Assembly (NCBI GenBank): GCA_963727805.1
Contig: CAVSHF010000005.1
Span: 448,001 to 512,000 of the forward strand
DNA: 64,000 nt
DNA from: an uncultured Nitrospiraceae bacterium
GTDB taxonomy: Bacteria; Nitrospirota; Thermodesulfovibrionia; Thermodesulfovibrionales; Dissulfurispiraceae
Reading direction: 5' to 3'
The notes beneath the pieces were generated by a model that was not told the DNA's origin, searched no databases, and was given only the letters and a program-made list of their open reading frames with translations. The position numbers and the translations under genes were made by a program. How positions within the stretch are numbered: the stretch's first letter is position 1; each line of letters begins with the position of its first letter. Positions 23,136 to 33,763 of this stretch are shown piece after piece.

Positions 23136-24056
23136 CTATTTATTTTCGACCATCGCAATGAAGACATCCTCGATCGAAGGAATAATCTCCCTGTAGTCCT
23201 TTACCTCGATCGATGCTTTTTTCAGTTTCTCGATGACAGCGAAAACGGCGTCCTTTTTCTCCATTGCAATATGGAGGCGGTCACCGTAGACGTTTATCCT
23301 CTTTATACCGGAAGCTCCCTTGATAACTTCTGCGGCATGTCGTGAGTCATTGCACCAGATCTCTATCATTGAATACGGGAGAGACTTTTTCACATTTACA
23401 GGTTCATCCTTGATAAGCAGTTTTCCTCTGTACATTAGCCCGATTCTTGTGCATCGTTCGGCCTCATCAAGATAAGATGTCGAGACGAATATCGTCACAT
23501 TCTCATTCAGCAGATCGTAGAGTATCCTCCAGAAGTCCCTCCGCGATACCGGATCGACTCCATTCGTAGGCTCGTCGAGAATAAGCACCTCGGGAGTATG
23601 GATAAGTGCGCATGCAAGTCCGAGCTTCTGCTTCATACCTCCCGAGAGTTTTCCTGCAAGACGGTCTTTGAAAGGAGTTAGATTGCTGAAGCTGAGAAGC
23701 CGTCCAATCCGCGCGGGCCGTTCTCGCGACGAAACGTCATAAAGGTCAGCATAGAAAAGGATGTTTTCCATAACAGTAAGGTCCTCATAAAGCCCGAATC
23801 TCTGTGACATGTAGCCGATCTTTTCCTTGATCCGTTCGCCCTCAGTAAGAACTGAATGACCGGCGACAAAGGCCTCACCAGAGGATGGCTCCATTATCGA
23901 TGCAAGAAGCCTCATAGTAGTCGTCTTTCCGGCGCCATCAGGACCGACGAGACCGAAGAGCTCGCCCCTATAGACATCGAGATTCAGATGATCAACGGCG
24001 ACATTATTCCCGAAAGATTTGGTGAGATCCGAAGTACGTATGGCAATATCGCTCAT
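23136..24056 (-). CDS. ABC transporter ATP-binding protein
   Basis: GPDGAGKTT, LSGGMKQ, LILDEPT. Confidence 0.95.
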   Translation of the reverse strand: MSDIAIRTSDLTKSFGNNVAVDHLNLDVYRGELFGLVGPDGAGKTTTMRLLASIMEPSSGEAFVAGHSVLTEGERIKEKIGYMSQRFGLYEDLTVMENILFYADLYDVSSRERPARIGRLLSFSNLTPFKDRLAGKLSGGMKQKLGLACALIHTPEVLILDEPTNGVDPVSRRDFWRILYDLLNENVTIFVSTSYLDEAERCTRIGLMYRGKLLIKDEPVNVKKSLPYSMIEIWCNDSRHAAEVIKGASGIKRINVYGDRLHIAMEKKDAVFAVIEKLKKASIEVKDYREIIPSIEDVFIAMVENK

Positions 24057-25039
24057 CTCAGATGGATATTGACGTCGGCAGGCATTCCAGGCTTAAGTTC
24101 CTGATTGACGTTCTTCACTCTTACCTTAACACCGAAGACGAGCTTGACCCTTTCCTCCTGTGTCTGTACAGTTTTCGGAGTAAACTCAGCCTGTGATGAA
24201 ATATATGACACAGTCCCTTCATATACCTTGTCGCGATAGGTATCGACGGTAATCGTCGCCCTCTGGCCGAGTTTCACAAGAGCGAGTTTATCCTCTTTAA
24301 TATAAACCTTTATCCAAGGATCATCGATTTCTCCGATGGTAAAAACCGGAGTTCCCGACTGCACAACTTCGCCGGATTCGACATTCTTCTTAAGTACCAC
24401 TCCAGAAACCGGCGCAAAGAGAGTCGTGTCACCAAGCCGCTCCTCGGTAACGCGCAGCGCAGCACGCGCCGACTGAACATGGTCTTCCGCAGCTTTGATC
24501 ACTTCTTTCCTCGGCCCTTCTTTGAGAAGGCTCAACTGTTCCCCAGCGGCTTTCACCTTTTCGAGCCAGCTGTCATGGACGCTCCTTGCGGCATCTAGCT
24601 GAGACGCCGATATGGCTTCATTTGTATAAAGCCTCTCGGCCCGTTCATAATCTTTTTTAGCTTTAAGAAGCTCTGCCTCAGCCGCCTTCATATTCGCTGC
24701 TGCTTGAGCGATTTCCTGTGGCCTCGATCCTGTCCTAAGCTCCTCAAGTTTTGCCAAAGCTTCGCTCAAAACTGCCCGGCTTTGCGCCATGAGGCTTTCC
24801 AGTTCTGCGCTCTCCAGAACAGCGATTTTACCGCCTTTTTGAACAAGCTTGCCTTCATCTGTAAGCAGATCAATGATCCTTCCCGATATCTTAAATCCCG
24901 TATCCACTTCGGTGACCTCGACATTGCCGGACAGCGAAATGACCCCTTGATCCCTCTGCTTCCAAAAACGCCCCGACAAGAGCACGGCTGCAATTACCAC
25001 GGCAACTAGAATGACGATGACGGTCATCCTCTTCTTCAT
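24053..25039 (-). CDS. HlyD/YbhG-family membrane fusion protein
   Basis: N-terminal TM, coiled coil, AEFTPKTVQT, LKPGMPAD. Confidence 0.93.
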   Translation of the reverse strand: MKKRMTVIVILVAVVIAAVLLSGRFWKQRDQGVISLSGNVEVTEVDTGFKISGRIIDLLTDEGKLVQKGGKIAVLESAELESLMAQSRAVLSEALAKLEELRTGSRPQEIAQAAANMKAAEAELLKAKKDYERAERLYTNEAISASQLDAARSVHDSWLEKVKAAGEQLSLLKEGPRKEVIKAAEDHVQSARAALRVTEERLGDTTLFAPVSGVVLKKNVESGEVVQSGTPVFTIGEIDDPWIKVYIKEDKLALVKLGQRATITVDTYRDKVYEGTVSYISSQAEFTPKTVQTQEERVKLVFGVKVRVKNVNQELKPGMPADVNIHLR

Positions 25040-25288
25040 TTGTGGGCCTCCCTATCTATATCCATATTTTATATCATCAGGCGAGCAATGGGTGTACTGA
25101 GCGAATTGAGTGTTACTTCCCGCTTCGTTCCGTGATAACCAACAGCTTAAAGCATTTATTTTGTCAAGTCAATTCCGGAATTCGATCGGACAAATAGAAT
25201 TCGGTTGATCAGAGTGAAAGAAGAGATGAAAAAAGAAGTGAGTCGAATATTGGGACAGGTCCCGGTAACCCGGGACCCATTTTCTTAG

Positions 25289-25489
25289 CTAGATTTTTAC
25301 GACATTCTCCGCCTTAGGTCCCTTCGGGCCTTCAACCACATCAAAGCTCACCGCCTGGCCCTCACCGAGGGTTTTGAAGCCGTCACCCTGAATGGCAGAA
25401 TAGTGTACAAACACATCCCCTCCGTCTTCCTTGGTCAGGAAACCAAAGCCCTTGGACTCATTAAACCACTTCACAGTCCCTTTTGCCAC
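25289..25489 (-). CDS. csp: Cold-shock protein
   Basis: GTG start after aggagg; [20 protein letters not shown]. Confidence 0.95.
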   Translation of the reverse strand: MAKGTVKWFNESKGFGFLTKEDGGDVFVHYSAIQGDGFKTLGEGQAVSFDVVEGPKGPKAENVVKI

Positions 25490-25830
25490 GTTGCTGCACC
25501 TCCTAATAATTGTTGATCGAAGCTGAGGAAGAATGCCAAAAAAAACCGCAAAGCGGAAAGTCTCTGCGGTGACAACAAAAACTTCCATAACTTCTGAACA
25601 GTAGTATTGCACAGATAAAATAAAAGATCAAGCCCTTTTATGGTCTTCTATGGTCTTGCTAATGCCAATGCGAGATCCGGACTTACTCGCCATATTTCCT
25701 TGCAGTATATCTATAACGGTCATTACAGCCATATCATCTATTTGCAGCTGGAATAGTTAACAGGCAGCCGTACAAATGAGGATAAGCATTCCTGCACGGC
25801 ATTGCACTTCCACGTTATAATAAACAGATC

Positions 25831-26985
25831 ATGAGCCTTTTTCTGCTAGTTTTCTTTTTGCTATACGGGGCGTTGCATGCTCACGCTTTTTTAAAGGCTC
25901 GGGCTGCCTTTGATATCGGCGCGCGCACAAGCATAATTTTGATCTTGTTTTTCGCCCTGATGGTTCTTGCGCCAATCATCGTCCGGCAGGCCGAGAATGA
26001 AGGACTAGAACTGTTTGCTAGAATTACGGCCTATGCAGGTTATTTCTGGATGGGCATTATCTTTCTCTTCTTTTCCGCTTCGCTTCTAACCGATCTTTAT
26101 CGCCTCTTTGTCTATCTTAGCGGTTCAATTCTCCATAAGGACGTCGCATTATTCATCATCTCTGCAAAGGCAGCATTCTTAATTCCTCTTTTCATATCAC
26201 TCTGCGTGTCTGCTTACGGATATAGGGAAGCACTGAACATCGGGACCGAGCACCTCGTGATCCGGACCGAGAAACTGCCTCAGGGAGTCGACAGACTCAG
26301 GATAGTCCAGATTTCCGATGTACATCTGGGGCTGATCGTAAGAAGAGAACGCTTGAGGTTGATCCTTGAAAAGGTGAAAGAGTCAAATCCCGATATCCTT
26401 GTTTCGACAGGAGACCTTGTCGACGGCCAGATCAATCACCTCGAGGGTCTTGCCGAAATGCTGAGAGAGATTAAGCCTCGTTATGGTAAATACGCCGTTC
26501 TGGGTAATCACGAATATTATGCAGGAATCAAACAAGCACTTGCGTTCAAAAACGCAGCCGGGTTCATACTGCTCAGAGACGAAGGGGTAAGCATCGACAA
26601 TGTAATCACACTAGTTGGTGTCGATGATCCGGCAGCAAAATATTCAGGTATCTACAACAAGATTGACGAAAAGACCCTACTTTCTTCTTTCCCCCGTGAG
26701 CGGTTTACTGTTCTCCTCAAACACAGGCCACTCATTGCTTCTGGGTCGGTTGGACTCTTCGATCTCCAGCTGTCAGGTCATGTTCACAAGGGGCAGATAT
26801 TTCCCTTCAGCCTACTAACAAAACTTTACTATCCGAACTATGCGGGATTGCTGAAAGTTGACGGAAGTTTGCTTTATGTAAGCAGGGGAGCAGGCACCTG
26901 GGGGCCGCCCATCAGATTTCTTGCTCCTCCCGAAGTGACCGTGATCGACATCGTTCGGGACAATGAGGACAAAGGTCGCTCCTGA
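25831..26985 (+). CDS. Membrane-bound metallophosphoesterase (YkuE-like)
   Basis: N-terminal TMs; SDVH, GDLVD, GNHE, LKHRP, SGHVH. Confidence 0.9.
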   Translation: MSLFLLVFFLLYGALHAHAFLKARAAFDIGARTSIILILFFALMVLAPIIVRQAENEGLELFARITAYAGYFWMGIIFLFFSASLLTDLYRLFVYLSGSILHKDVALFIISAKAAFLIPLFISLCVSAYGYREALNIGTEHLVIRTEKLPQGVDRLRIVQISDVHLGLIVRRERLRLILEKVKESNPDILVSTGDLVDGQINHLEGLAEMLREIKPRYGKYAVLGNHEYYAGIKQALAFKNAAGFILLRDEGVSIDNVITLVGVDDPAAKYSGIYNKIDEKTLLSSFPRERFTVLLKHRPLIASGSVGLFDLQLSGHVHKGQIFPFSLLTKLYYPNYAGLLKVDGSLLYVSRGAGTWGPPIRFLAPPEVTVIDIVRDNEDKGRS

Positions 26986-28216
26986 TATGCCAAATGAATT
27001 TACAGTTATCCCCCCAGAGACGTTTACGAAACATACTATTGAGCTTATATATAAAGGCCATTTCTCCGCTGCCGCTAAGGTCAGGCTTCTTTACAAGGGA
27101 CATCAGACCTTTTCTGCAATATTTAATGCTGTCCGGTCCGCACAGGCAATCATCTGCTTGCAATTCTATATCTTCAGGAATGACGAAACAGGCCTGGAAC
27201 TTTCCGAGATATTAAAAGAGAAGAGCAGAGAAGGAGTGAAGGTTTATATCCTCTATGATCACTTCGGCTCTTGGGGTACGCCACGGAGCTTCTGGCAGGA
27301 GTTGAGGGATGCCGGGATCACGGTGCTCGCCTCCCATCCCTTCAAATGGACTGCTCCTTTTCACTACGTCCACAGGGATCATCGAAAGCTCATTATCGTC
27401 GATTTGAAGAAGGCCTTTACCGGGGGGCTTAACATCGCCAACGAATATCGCGGGTTCCACCGAAAGCTGCGCCCGAGAGTCAGGTGGAAGAGTTGGCGGG
27501 ATACAGGCATTTTACTCGAGGGCCCTATCGTCTCGGCCCTCTTTCACTCCTTCAGGAAGAGCTGGGATGTCTGGCAAGGAGAGCGGATAATGCTCAAATC
27601 AGGCGAGGCGAAGCGGGACGATGGATCTGCCTTTCTGACCGGCGGGAGGCAAACTCCTGTGGAACACGGCATGCCGGTGCTACCAATCTTTACAGCCGGC
27701 GCCAGGGGCAGAAGAAAGATGAGGCGAATGCTCTATTACAGCATCAACCATGCCCAAAAAAGCATTACGCTCACGACACCTTATTTCACCCCAAGCCACA
27801 GGATGATCGAAACCCTTGAGAGTGCTATCGGAAGGGGTGTGAAGGTGCGGCTGCTCATTCCGGGCAAGAGCGACGTCCCGGCTGCATATTACGTTGCCAG
27901 GGCTTTTTTCACCCGCCTCCTGAAGGCTGGGGTAGAAATCTATACCTACACTGGTGAGATTCTGCACGCCAAGACATACATCTTTGACGACTGCTGGAGC
28001 ATCATGGGCTCAACTAACCTCGATTTTCAGTCTCTCCGATACAACGATGAAGGCAGCATCGGGATACTCGACGGTGGATTTAACCTTAAGATGAAGAACG
28101 TATTTGAAGAAGATATAATGAAATCGTTGAAGATAGACCTGAGAACTTGGCACCAGAGGCCTTTCCCGGAAAAGGTCAAAGAGTGGTTTTTCTCTATTTT
28201 CAGGAGAAGGCTATAA
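26963..28216 (+). CDS. Cardiolipin synthase-like phospholipase D (ClsB-like)
   Basis: Two HKD motifs (HRKLIIVD, HAKTYIFD), GSTNLD; start may be 26987. Confidence 0.9.
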   Translation: MRTKVAPDMPNEFTVIPPETFTKHTIELIYKGHFSAAAKVRLLYKGHQTFSAIFNAVRSAQAIICLQFYIFRNDETGLELSEILKEKSREGVKVYILYDHFGSWGTPRSFWQELRDAGITVLASHPFKWTAPFHYVHRDHRKLIIVDLKKAFTGGLNIANEYRGFHRKLRPRVRWKSWRDTGILLEGPIVSALFHSFRKSWDVWQGERIMLKSGEAKRDDGSAFLTGGRQTPVEHGMPVLPIFTAGARGRRKMRRMLYYSINHAQKSITLTTPYFTPSHRMIETLESAIGRGVKVRLLIPGKSDVPAAYYVARAFFTRLLKAGVEIYTYTGEILHAKTYIFDDCWSIMGSTNLDFQSLRYNDEGSIGILDGGFNLKMKNVFEEDIMKSLKIDLRTWHQRPFPEKVKEWFFSIFRRRL

Positions 28217-28257
28217 GGTTCCAGTGTTCTAGGCTCCAACTATGAGCAGCAGAAATA

Positions 28258-28289
28258 CAACGGGCCGGATCTCGCGGTCCGGCCCGTTG
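28258..28289. terminator. GC-rich hairpin between convergent genes
   Basis: caacgggccggatc-tcgc-ggtccggcccgttg. Confidence 0.75.
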
Positions 28290-28310
28290 CAATAGATGCT
28301 TTGTTTAGTG

Positions 28311-29606
28311 CTATTTTCCGCCCTTTGCGATGCTTAACGTCTTTGTGACCTTCTGCCATAGCTGGGAATTGCCTTCGTCATCCTTATTGCCGTAAGGCAG
28401 ATACCATAGCTCGACCTCAACGGTGAAGGCGTTGGCGATTATCTCGCGGATTAATTTCCCTTCCTTTTTAGATTCATTATAGCCAGGGATATAGAATTTT
28501 TCAGTCACCGTCCTGAGAGGTGGGAGGCTAGTGTCGCGAAGAATTCCGCTTTTCTCATACGGACCTCTTCCCATCTTGTCACCGATACCGAACTGCTGCG
28601 GAATCGGCATGTAAATGCGCTGATCCTGGAAAAATACTTTACCTTCTTTTGTTTTCGCGGTCACATACAGGACCACCCGGTTTGGAGTAGGTCAGCCATC
28701 GGGGATCGCATGTCCTGCGTTGTTAGTAAGATCCACCCGAACCGCTGCGGCTGGTGTTGTGGTTACTACATCGCGCCACTGGTAGGCCATAGCATCAACC
28801 TTCATGTCAACAGCGCTCTGCCCCATGGCACGATAGCTCTGCATATTATGACCAAGTTTCGATTTCTTCATGTGACAATCCTGGCAGTTCTCTGTGCCAC
28901 CCTCTGGCCGATAGGCAAAATTGTAACTGCCGTACAGGGTCGCGCACTGCGTAGGATTTTCGAGTTCAAAATTCGGACCTTGACCATGACATTGGCCGCA
29001 AAGAATGGACTCCTTCATGTAAGGGCTCTTCTTCATCTTTGCAAAATCAGGAGCTGCATGCTCTCCGTCTTTGCTTCCGTATACGGCGCCCTTTTCAGGC
29101 GCACCAAACTTCCACTTATGAATGATCGCATTTCTCTGATGACAGATAAGGCAGCCGATATTTAGCTTTTGCAGATTCTGTGCAGCCTCATCCCCCGGCT
29201 CCTTAAAGGCATAGAGATTTTTCACGATCTCCTGTGCGACGCTGTCCTCGGCCTCCATCAGCTGCGGCAGATGACACTTCGCGCAAACCATCAGATGTCT
29301 GACGCCGACATCCTCCGGTTTTTTGACCCCAGATGCCGGCCAGTCCTTGAAACCGTTTTCGATAGTCGTCTTGAAAGTAGCTGCTGTCCTCCCAACTTCG
29401 GCGACCCCGAAGATTGAGCGAGCATGCAAGGATTTATCCCACTCTGCGTGAATGTCAGCATGGCAGTCCTTGCATGAACTTGAATCATACATCTTAGCAA
29501 GTTCATCGATCGTCTTGGCCTTCTTCATTTCTTCTCCCTGGGCACTTAAAACTATGCCAGGAAGCAGAATGAGAAGACCAATGATAAGCAGTCTAAAACA
29601 CTTCAT
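28311..29606 (-). CDS. Pentaheme c-type cytochrome selenoprotein (ExtKL-like), in-frame UGA at 28692-28694 read as Sec; 431 aa
   Basis: The two track ORFs are in frame and join as HAIPDG-UGA-PTPNRVVL. Signal peptide, five CxxCH, hairpin 15 nt after the UGA. Confidence 0.88.
28657..28676 (-). promoter_or_regulatory. Putative bacterial SECIS hairpin
   Basis: GUGGUC-CUGUAUGU-GACCGC stem-loop with a G-containing loop starting 21 nt after the UGA. Confidence 0.65.
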
Positions 29607-29900
29607 AAGTCCTCCTTTTTCGATATTGGTACAGAATTAAAATGAATCTTATCGTTATTTTGTCGTATAAAAATAAACCATCCTATAGATAAAGGCAAAT
29701 TAATAGTAATTATCAATTTATGATGAATACTAATATATATATAATGCCGATATTAGTGATAGTCATTGTCTCTTCTTTTCGTGACTAAACTTTTTATGAA
29801 AAGGGCGGGAGTCCCTAATATTTTAATGCCGGGATGAAAGCTAGGCCTTATTATGATTAGGGTTGATAAGACTGACCGATCGTTAGAATCGAAAGTGAAA

Positions 29901-31706
29901 TCAGTGCAAGAATGTCCCTTTCTTGTATTTTTTCTCCAGTTTCTCATAAGTTGCATGGTCTTTGATTTCCGGAAAAGCAAAATTTCCGCCCAAAGCCCAT
30001 TTATCCCTGAATGGTTCAAGCCCTTCCGGCAGCGGTGTCGCATCAGTTTCGTTCAATAATTTCACTCTAATCCCTGTTTCATCCGCGATGACTGTATACC
30101 TTCCTTCGCCGACATCTTTATAAGAACCTTCACTGTATGGAGTCATTATCGTCTGTTTCGGAGAATCATGGCAGCTTCCACAGCTCCTCGATTTGCCGGT
30201 CGCATGGGCAACCCTATCAAAGTTGAGCCATACCATAGTGTCATGATCTTTGTTGTCGAGGTCTCTTACAAGGCCAGTGATAGCATATGCGTCGTTCGAA
30301 TAATAGAGTCTGTCTATAGTCACATCGGGGCTGTGCCTGAAGATAAGTCCCCGGGAAAGTACCACCTCAGCCGCTTTAACATTGCCGGAAGTATGCGGAA
30401 CAACATGCATAGGAACCCATATTCCTTTCGGGTTTTTTATGATAAGGGGAGATACCGCACCGACCAGATAATCCTGAATCCTGGTAAGAGGATTCTCGTT
30501 ACCCTTCGGACCTATAGCACTCCAAAAGTTGAAGGCATATCCGCCGATTAGAGTTGTATGACACGCTGCGCAATCCACTCTCTGATGAGGGCCTTTCATG
30601 TGTGCTTTGACCACAGAGGAATGGCACTTTGAGCAGTTAACGTCCCTCTGTAGATCAGCGTGAAGCCCCGATTTCCTGTTAGGCTCATGGCAGTCGACGC
30701 AAAAAATGCCTTTCTGCATATGAATATCAGGCTGATCCTTCAATATCCTGATACCTTCTTCGGTTGCCTGGGTAAATTCGGCCCTGATATATCCGTCACC
30801 TCTCCTGCGCTCCAGCGGTCCCGCGTGGCAACTGAAAGACTTTCCGCCACCGTAGCAAGAGATAGGATCCGGCCTTTTCATAAAGGTATGAGCCCCTTTT
30901 TTCGGATCTTTATCATTGTTCCTCTGTGGTGATAAATGGCAATCAAGACAGCCGACATGACATTGATTGCAACGTCTCTGATTATCATAGGCTGTCTTTT
31001 CGGACAGAGGCATCGTAGAGTGGAGGTTATAATAGTCTGCGTTTTCCTTTGTAAAAGAGGCTTGATCGGGTTCGGCAAGCCTACCGACCCAGAGCCCGCA
31101 ACTCTGTGGCCCCGTGGGACCTGTCCATGATTTGTACTGGCTCTGCGTGTGCGCCTTCTTGCCGCCACCCATAGGGCTACGAAGGAACTTCTTCACGATA
31201 TCACTATGACACACACCGCAGGTCTTTTCCGTCACCACCGGGTTGAAGGCAAGAGTATCAGCATTCCTGTCGTGCCATATGATCAATTTATAATCGGGAT
31301 TGTTTTTGATGTTATCGCCAGATATAATTTTCGGCAGTAGTGCATCAGCCCTGTTGACTCCCCTGGGAACAAGCATCGGCCACAAGTTCAGCTCAACGGT
31401 TTTCATCATGCTTCGGCGAACCACTTCCCAGGTCCTATCCTTTATAGCTAGAACAGTCAGGAGCCCTTCATGGGCACGATCCTTATCCAGCGTCTCGGGA
31501 TTGCCGAGATGGCAGTCCGTGCATGATGCGGGCATGCGTGTCTGAGCCGCAATTTCGTGAGTGGTTACAGTTAACTGCGCGTATCCCAGAGACAGCATTT
31601 TGGGGAGATCACTATGACATTGTATACATCCCTGCGCAGCGGATGCACAATAGGGGAAGGCAAATAAAATGATGCCTACGACATAAATCAGCCTCTTGAT
31701 ATTCAT
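29901..31706 (-). CDS. Exported multiheme cytochrome c (9 CxxCH plus one CX8CH)
   Basis: Signal peptide; CIQCH, CTDCH, CGVCH, CNQCH, CLDCH, CVDCH, CSKCH, CAACH, CGSCH; CYGGGKSFSCH. Confidence 0.9.
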   Translation of the reverse strand: MNIKRLIYVVGIILFAFPYCASAAQGCIQCHSDLPKMLSLGYAQLTVTTHEIAAQTRMPASCTDCHLGNPETLDKDRAHEGLLTVLAIKDRTWEVVRRSMMKTVELNLWPMLVPRGVNRADALLPKIISGDNIKNNPDYKLIIWHDRNADTLAFNPVVTEKTCGVCHSDIVKKFLRSPMGGGKKAHTQSQYKSWTGPTGPQSCGLWVGRLAEPDQASFTKENADYYNLHSTMPLSEKTAYDNQRRCNQCHVGCLDCHLSPQRNNDKDPKKGAHTFMKRPDPISCYGGGKSFSCHAGPLERRRGDGYIRAEFTQATEEGIRILKDQPDIHMQKGIFCVDCHEPNRKSGLHADLQRDVNCSKCHSSVVKAHMKGPHQRVDCAACHTTLIGGYAFNFWSAIGPKGNENPLTRIQDYLVGAVSPLIIKNPKGIWVPMHVVPHTSGNVKAAEVVLSRGLIFRHSPDVTIDRLYYSNDAYAITGLVRDLDNKDHDTMVWLNFDRVAHATGKSRSCGSCHDSPKQTIMTPYSEGSYKDVGEGRYTVIADETGIRVKLLNETDATPLPEGLEPFRDKWALGGNFAFPEIKDHATYEKLEKKYKKGTFLH

Positions 31707-31744
31707 GGCCTCTCAACTACTAATTATGAACATTGAAGCTACTT

Positions 31745-32074
31745 TCAGCACCCCGCAGTCTTTCTGAAAGAAAATGGGACATTCTTACCGTCTTTAATTA
31801 TATATTTTACATTAACATCGTCACCGACCTTGATTCGGGTCTCTCTGAACTTATCGATGGTCTGTTTATCCTCGATCGAGAGTTTAATATCCTTCCCCTC
31901 ATAGTCGGTAACCACGACTGTATTTGCAGCGAGATCAATGCTCTTGACCCTTCCATTCAACAGGACCTGACCGGCTGGTGCTGCCAATGCATCCGTAGCC
32001 ATCCATCCGCAAAGTACAAAGATAACGAAGGCCACTATCGATATCCGATACTCCATCACCACGTGAACTCTCAT
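31745..32074 (-). CDS. Small exported OB-fold-like protein ending in ...AGC (ExtJ-like)
   Basis: RBS ggagg, signal peptide, GRVKSID...IKVGDDVNVKY beta pattern, terminal Cys. Confidence 0.75.
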   Translation of the reverse strand: MRVHVVMEYRISIVAFVIFVLCGWMATDALAAPAGQVLLNGRVKSIDLAANTVVVTDYEGKDIKLSIEDKQTIDKFRETRIKVGDDVNVKYIIKDGKNVPFSFRKTAGC

Positions 32075-32091
32075 ATCATAGCCTCCATTGA

Positions 32092-32124
32092 AAAGAAAAC
32101 CGGGAGAGGTTTCCCCCTCCCGGC
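32092..32124 (-). terminator. Intrinsic terminator after the porin gene
   Basis: ccgggagggg-gaaa-cctctcccgg followed by ttttctttt on the minus strand. Confidence 0.8.
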
Positions 32125-32129
32125 GTGTT

Positions 32130-33704
32130 CTAGAAGAGGACGTCGAAGGTCAGGTAGACATCCTGTGCGTTTTTAAGTACGGGAAAGAACTGAGGGACCG
32201 TAGTCGGCCCAGGAGTGGAACTGAGACTGCTAATTTTCGAGGGTGCACCAACCCAGTTGTTACTGCCGCTGTATTGGAAGTCATAATACTGGTAACCGAG
32301 CCTAAAGAACGCCTTCCCTCTCTTTGAGATGGGTTTCTTGTTCAGCTCCTGGATTACATATGCTTCAAGTACGCTTCCTCTGGTACCAAGCTTGCTCGTC
32401 CACATGTCATCGGATGCGGGAGTAAAGGTTATCCAGTATTCGGACCCGTAGTTGTATTCGAGTCCGAGTTTCGTTCCGGTAGATTTGATATCATACCGTA
32501 CACCAGTATAGGCACCGTACCCTGTGCGGCTCTTTTTTCCGGTACTGGAATCCCACATCAGCCCATATTGAGGGAGCATTCCCCCGCCCAAAGCCTGATC
32601 GTTCGGGTCCGTATGGCTTGCGGCGGCTGAAAGGAAGAGATTTAAGTCGCCGGGGCCGAGATTGTCGATCTTGCCCGTAACAAGACCTCCGTATTGTGTG
32701 ATATTACCAAGATTGGTATTCGGAAAAGATACAGGGCCTAAAAAGGTTTGAAAAGTTGAACTCATGGATTCAGGAAATGCGAAGATGTCGAACCCGCGGC
32801 TCACTTGCAATTCCACATGTAAATTGTCGGTGTCATATGGGACAACATTGAAGCCGAGGAAATTAACGTCTTTCATGGAATTGGACGATGTCCTGAACCC
32901 GCTGTCGAAGCCCTTACCATAGCAGAGTTTTGCATAAGCACCCGGAAGCACCGAAATATCTGGAGCGACGCCTATCGTGGCCCCGTCAAAAGCATAGTCT
33001 ATCAGCAGTCCCGGTACCCCCGCAGTCCCGATCTTTTCGGTATTCTGTCTGTAATTTGTCGGCACGCCGCCCGTTGAAGGTCTTCTGCCTACCGAGAACC
33101 ATATCGGCTGACTCAATATGTTGCTCCACGTAGCATAAGCGGAGTCGACGCGCAAGGCATTATCTGATGGAGTATGAGTAACATTTCCGTCAAAGACCGA
33201 TTGCTTATCAGCAAAGAAGGCATTATTCCCTGTGACAGGCTCGGAAGTCTCTTCCCCCCAGACCTTGTACATAAGCAATCTCGCTTTGACCTGAATATCT
33301 TCTGTTGCCTTTGCCTTTACATTTAAACCAAGGCGGTTCGTAAGTAAAGATTCGTTCTTGTAAGTCTGTGCATTGGAGGGTCCGTCGAAAGTAAATGCAT
33401 CGTGGGTTTTGCCGGTCAGATAATCATACCTTCCGCGGTAGTCTCCCCCGATCTCAAGCCATGATGGCCCGGCCGCCTCTTCAGCCTTCTTTTCGACCAC
33501 AGCGATCCTGTCATCCTTGACCGCATCTTTTTTCTGGATTTCCTGCATCTGCTGCTTAAGATTATCGAGTTCCTTCGAGAGCATATCGATTTTCTTAAGC
33601 AGATCGTCCTGGTCAACCGCTTGGGCCATGCCCGGCATACTGCACATAAAAAGTACAGTAACCAGCATAAGCCTTACAGCTAATCCGAAGCCAGTTTTTT
33701 TCAT
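32130..33704 (-). CDS. DUF3373-type outer-membrane beta-barrel (putative porin)
   Basis: Signal peptide, N-terminal coiled coil, GGDYRGRYD, GRRPSTGG, GSEYWITFT, C-terminal Phe. Confidence 0.8.
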   Translation of the reverse strand: MKKTGFGLAVRLMLVTVLFMCSMPGMAQAVDQDDLLKKIDMLSKELDNLKQQMQEIQKKDAVKDDRIAVVEKKAEEAAGPSWLEIGGDYRGRYDYLTGKTHDAFTFDGPSNAQTYKNESLLTNRLGLNVKAKATEDIQVKARLLMYKVWGEETSEPVTGNNAFFADKQSVFDGNVTHTPSDNALRVDSAYATWSNILSQPIWFSVGRRPSTGGVPTNYRQNTEKIGTAGVPGLLIDYAFDGATIGVAPDISVLPGAYAKLCYGKGFDSGFRTSSNSMKDVNFLGFNVVPYDTDNLHVELQVSRGFDIFAFPESMSSTFQTFLGPVSFPNTNLGNITQYGGLVTGKIDNLGPGDLNLFLSAAASHTDPNDQALGGGMLPQYGLMWDSSTGKKSRTGYGAYTGVRYDIKSTGTKLGLEYNYGSEYWITFTPASDDMWTSKLGTRGSVLEAYVIQELNKKPISKRGKAFFRLGYQYYDFQYSGSNNWVGAPSKISSLSSTPGPTTVPQFFPVLKNAQDVYLTFDVLF

Positions 33705-33763
33705 TGCCACCTCCTGATTTGTATTCTCCTGCCAAAGGCAGGTCCTCTTTTAAGAGAAGAGAT

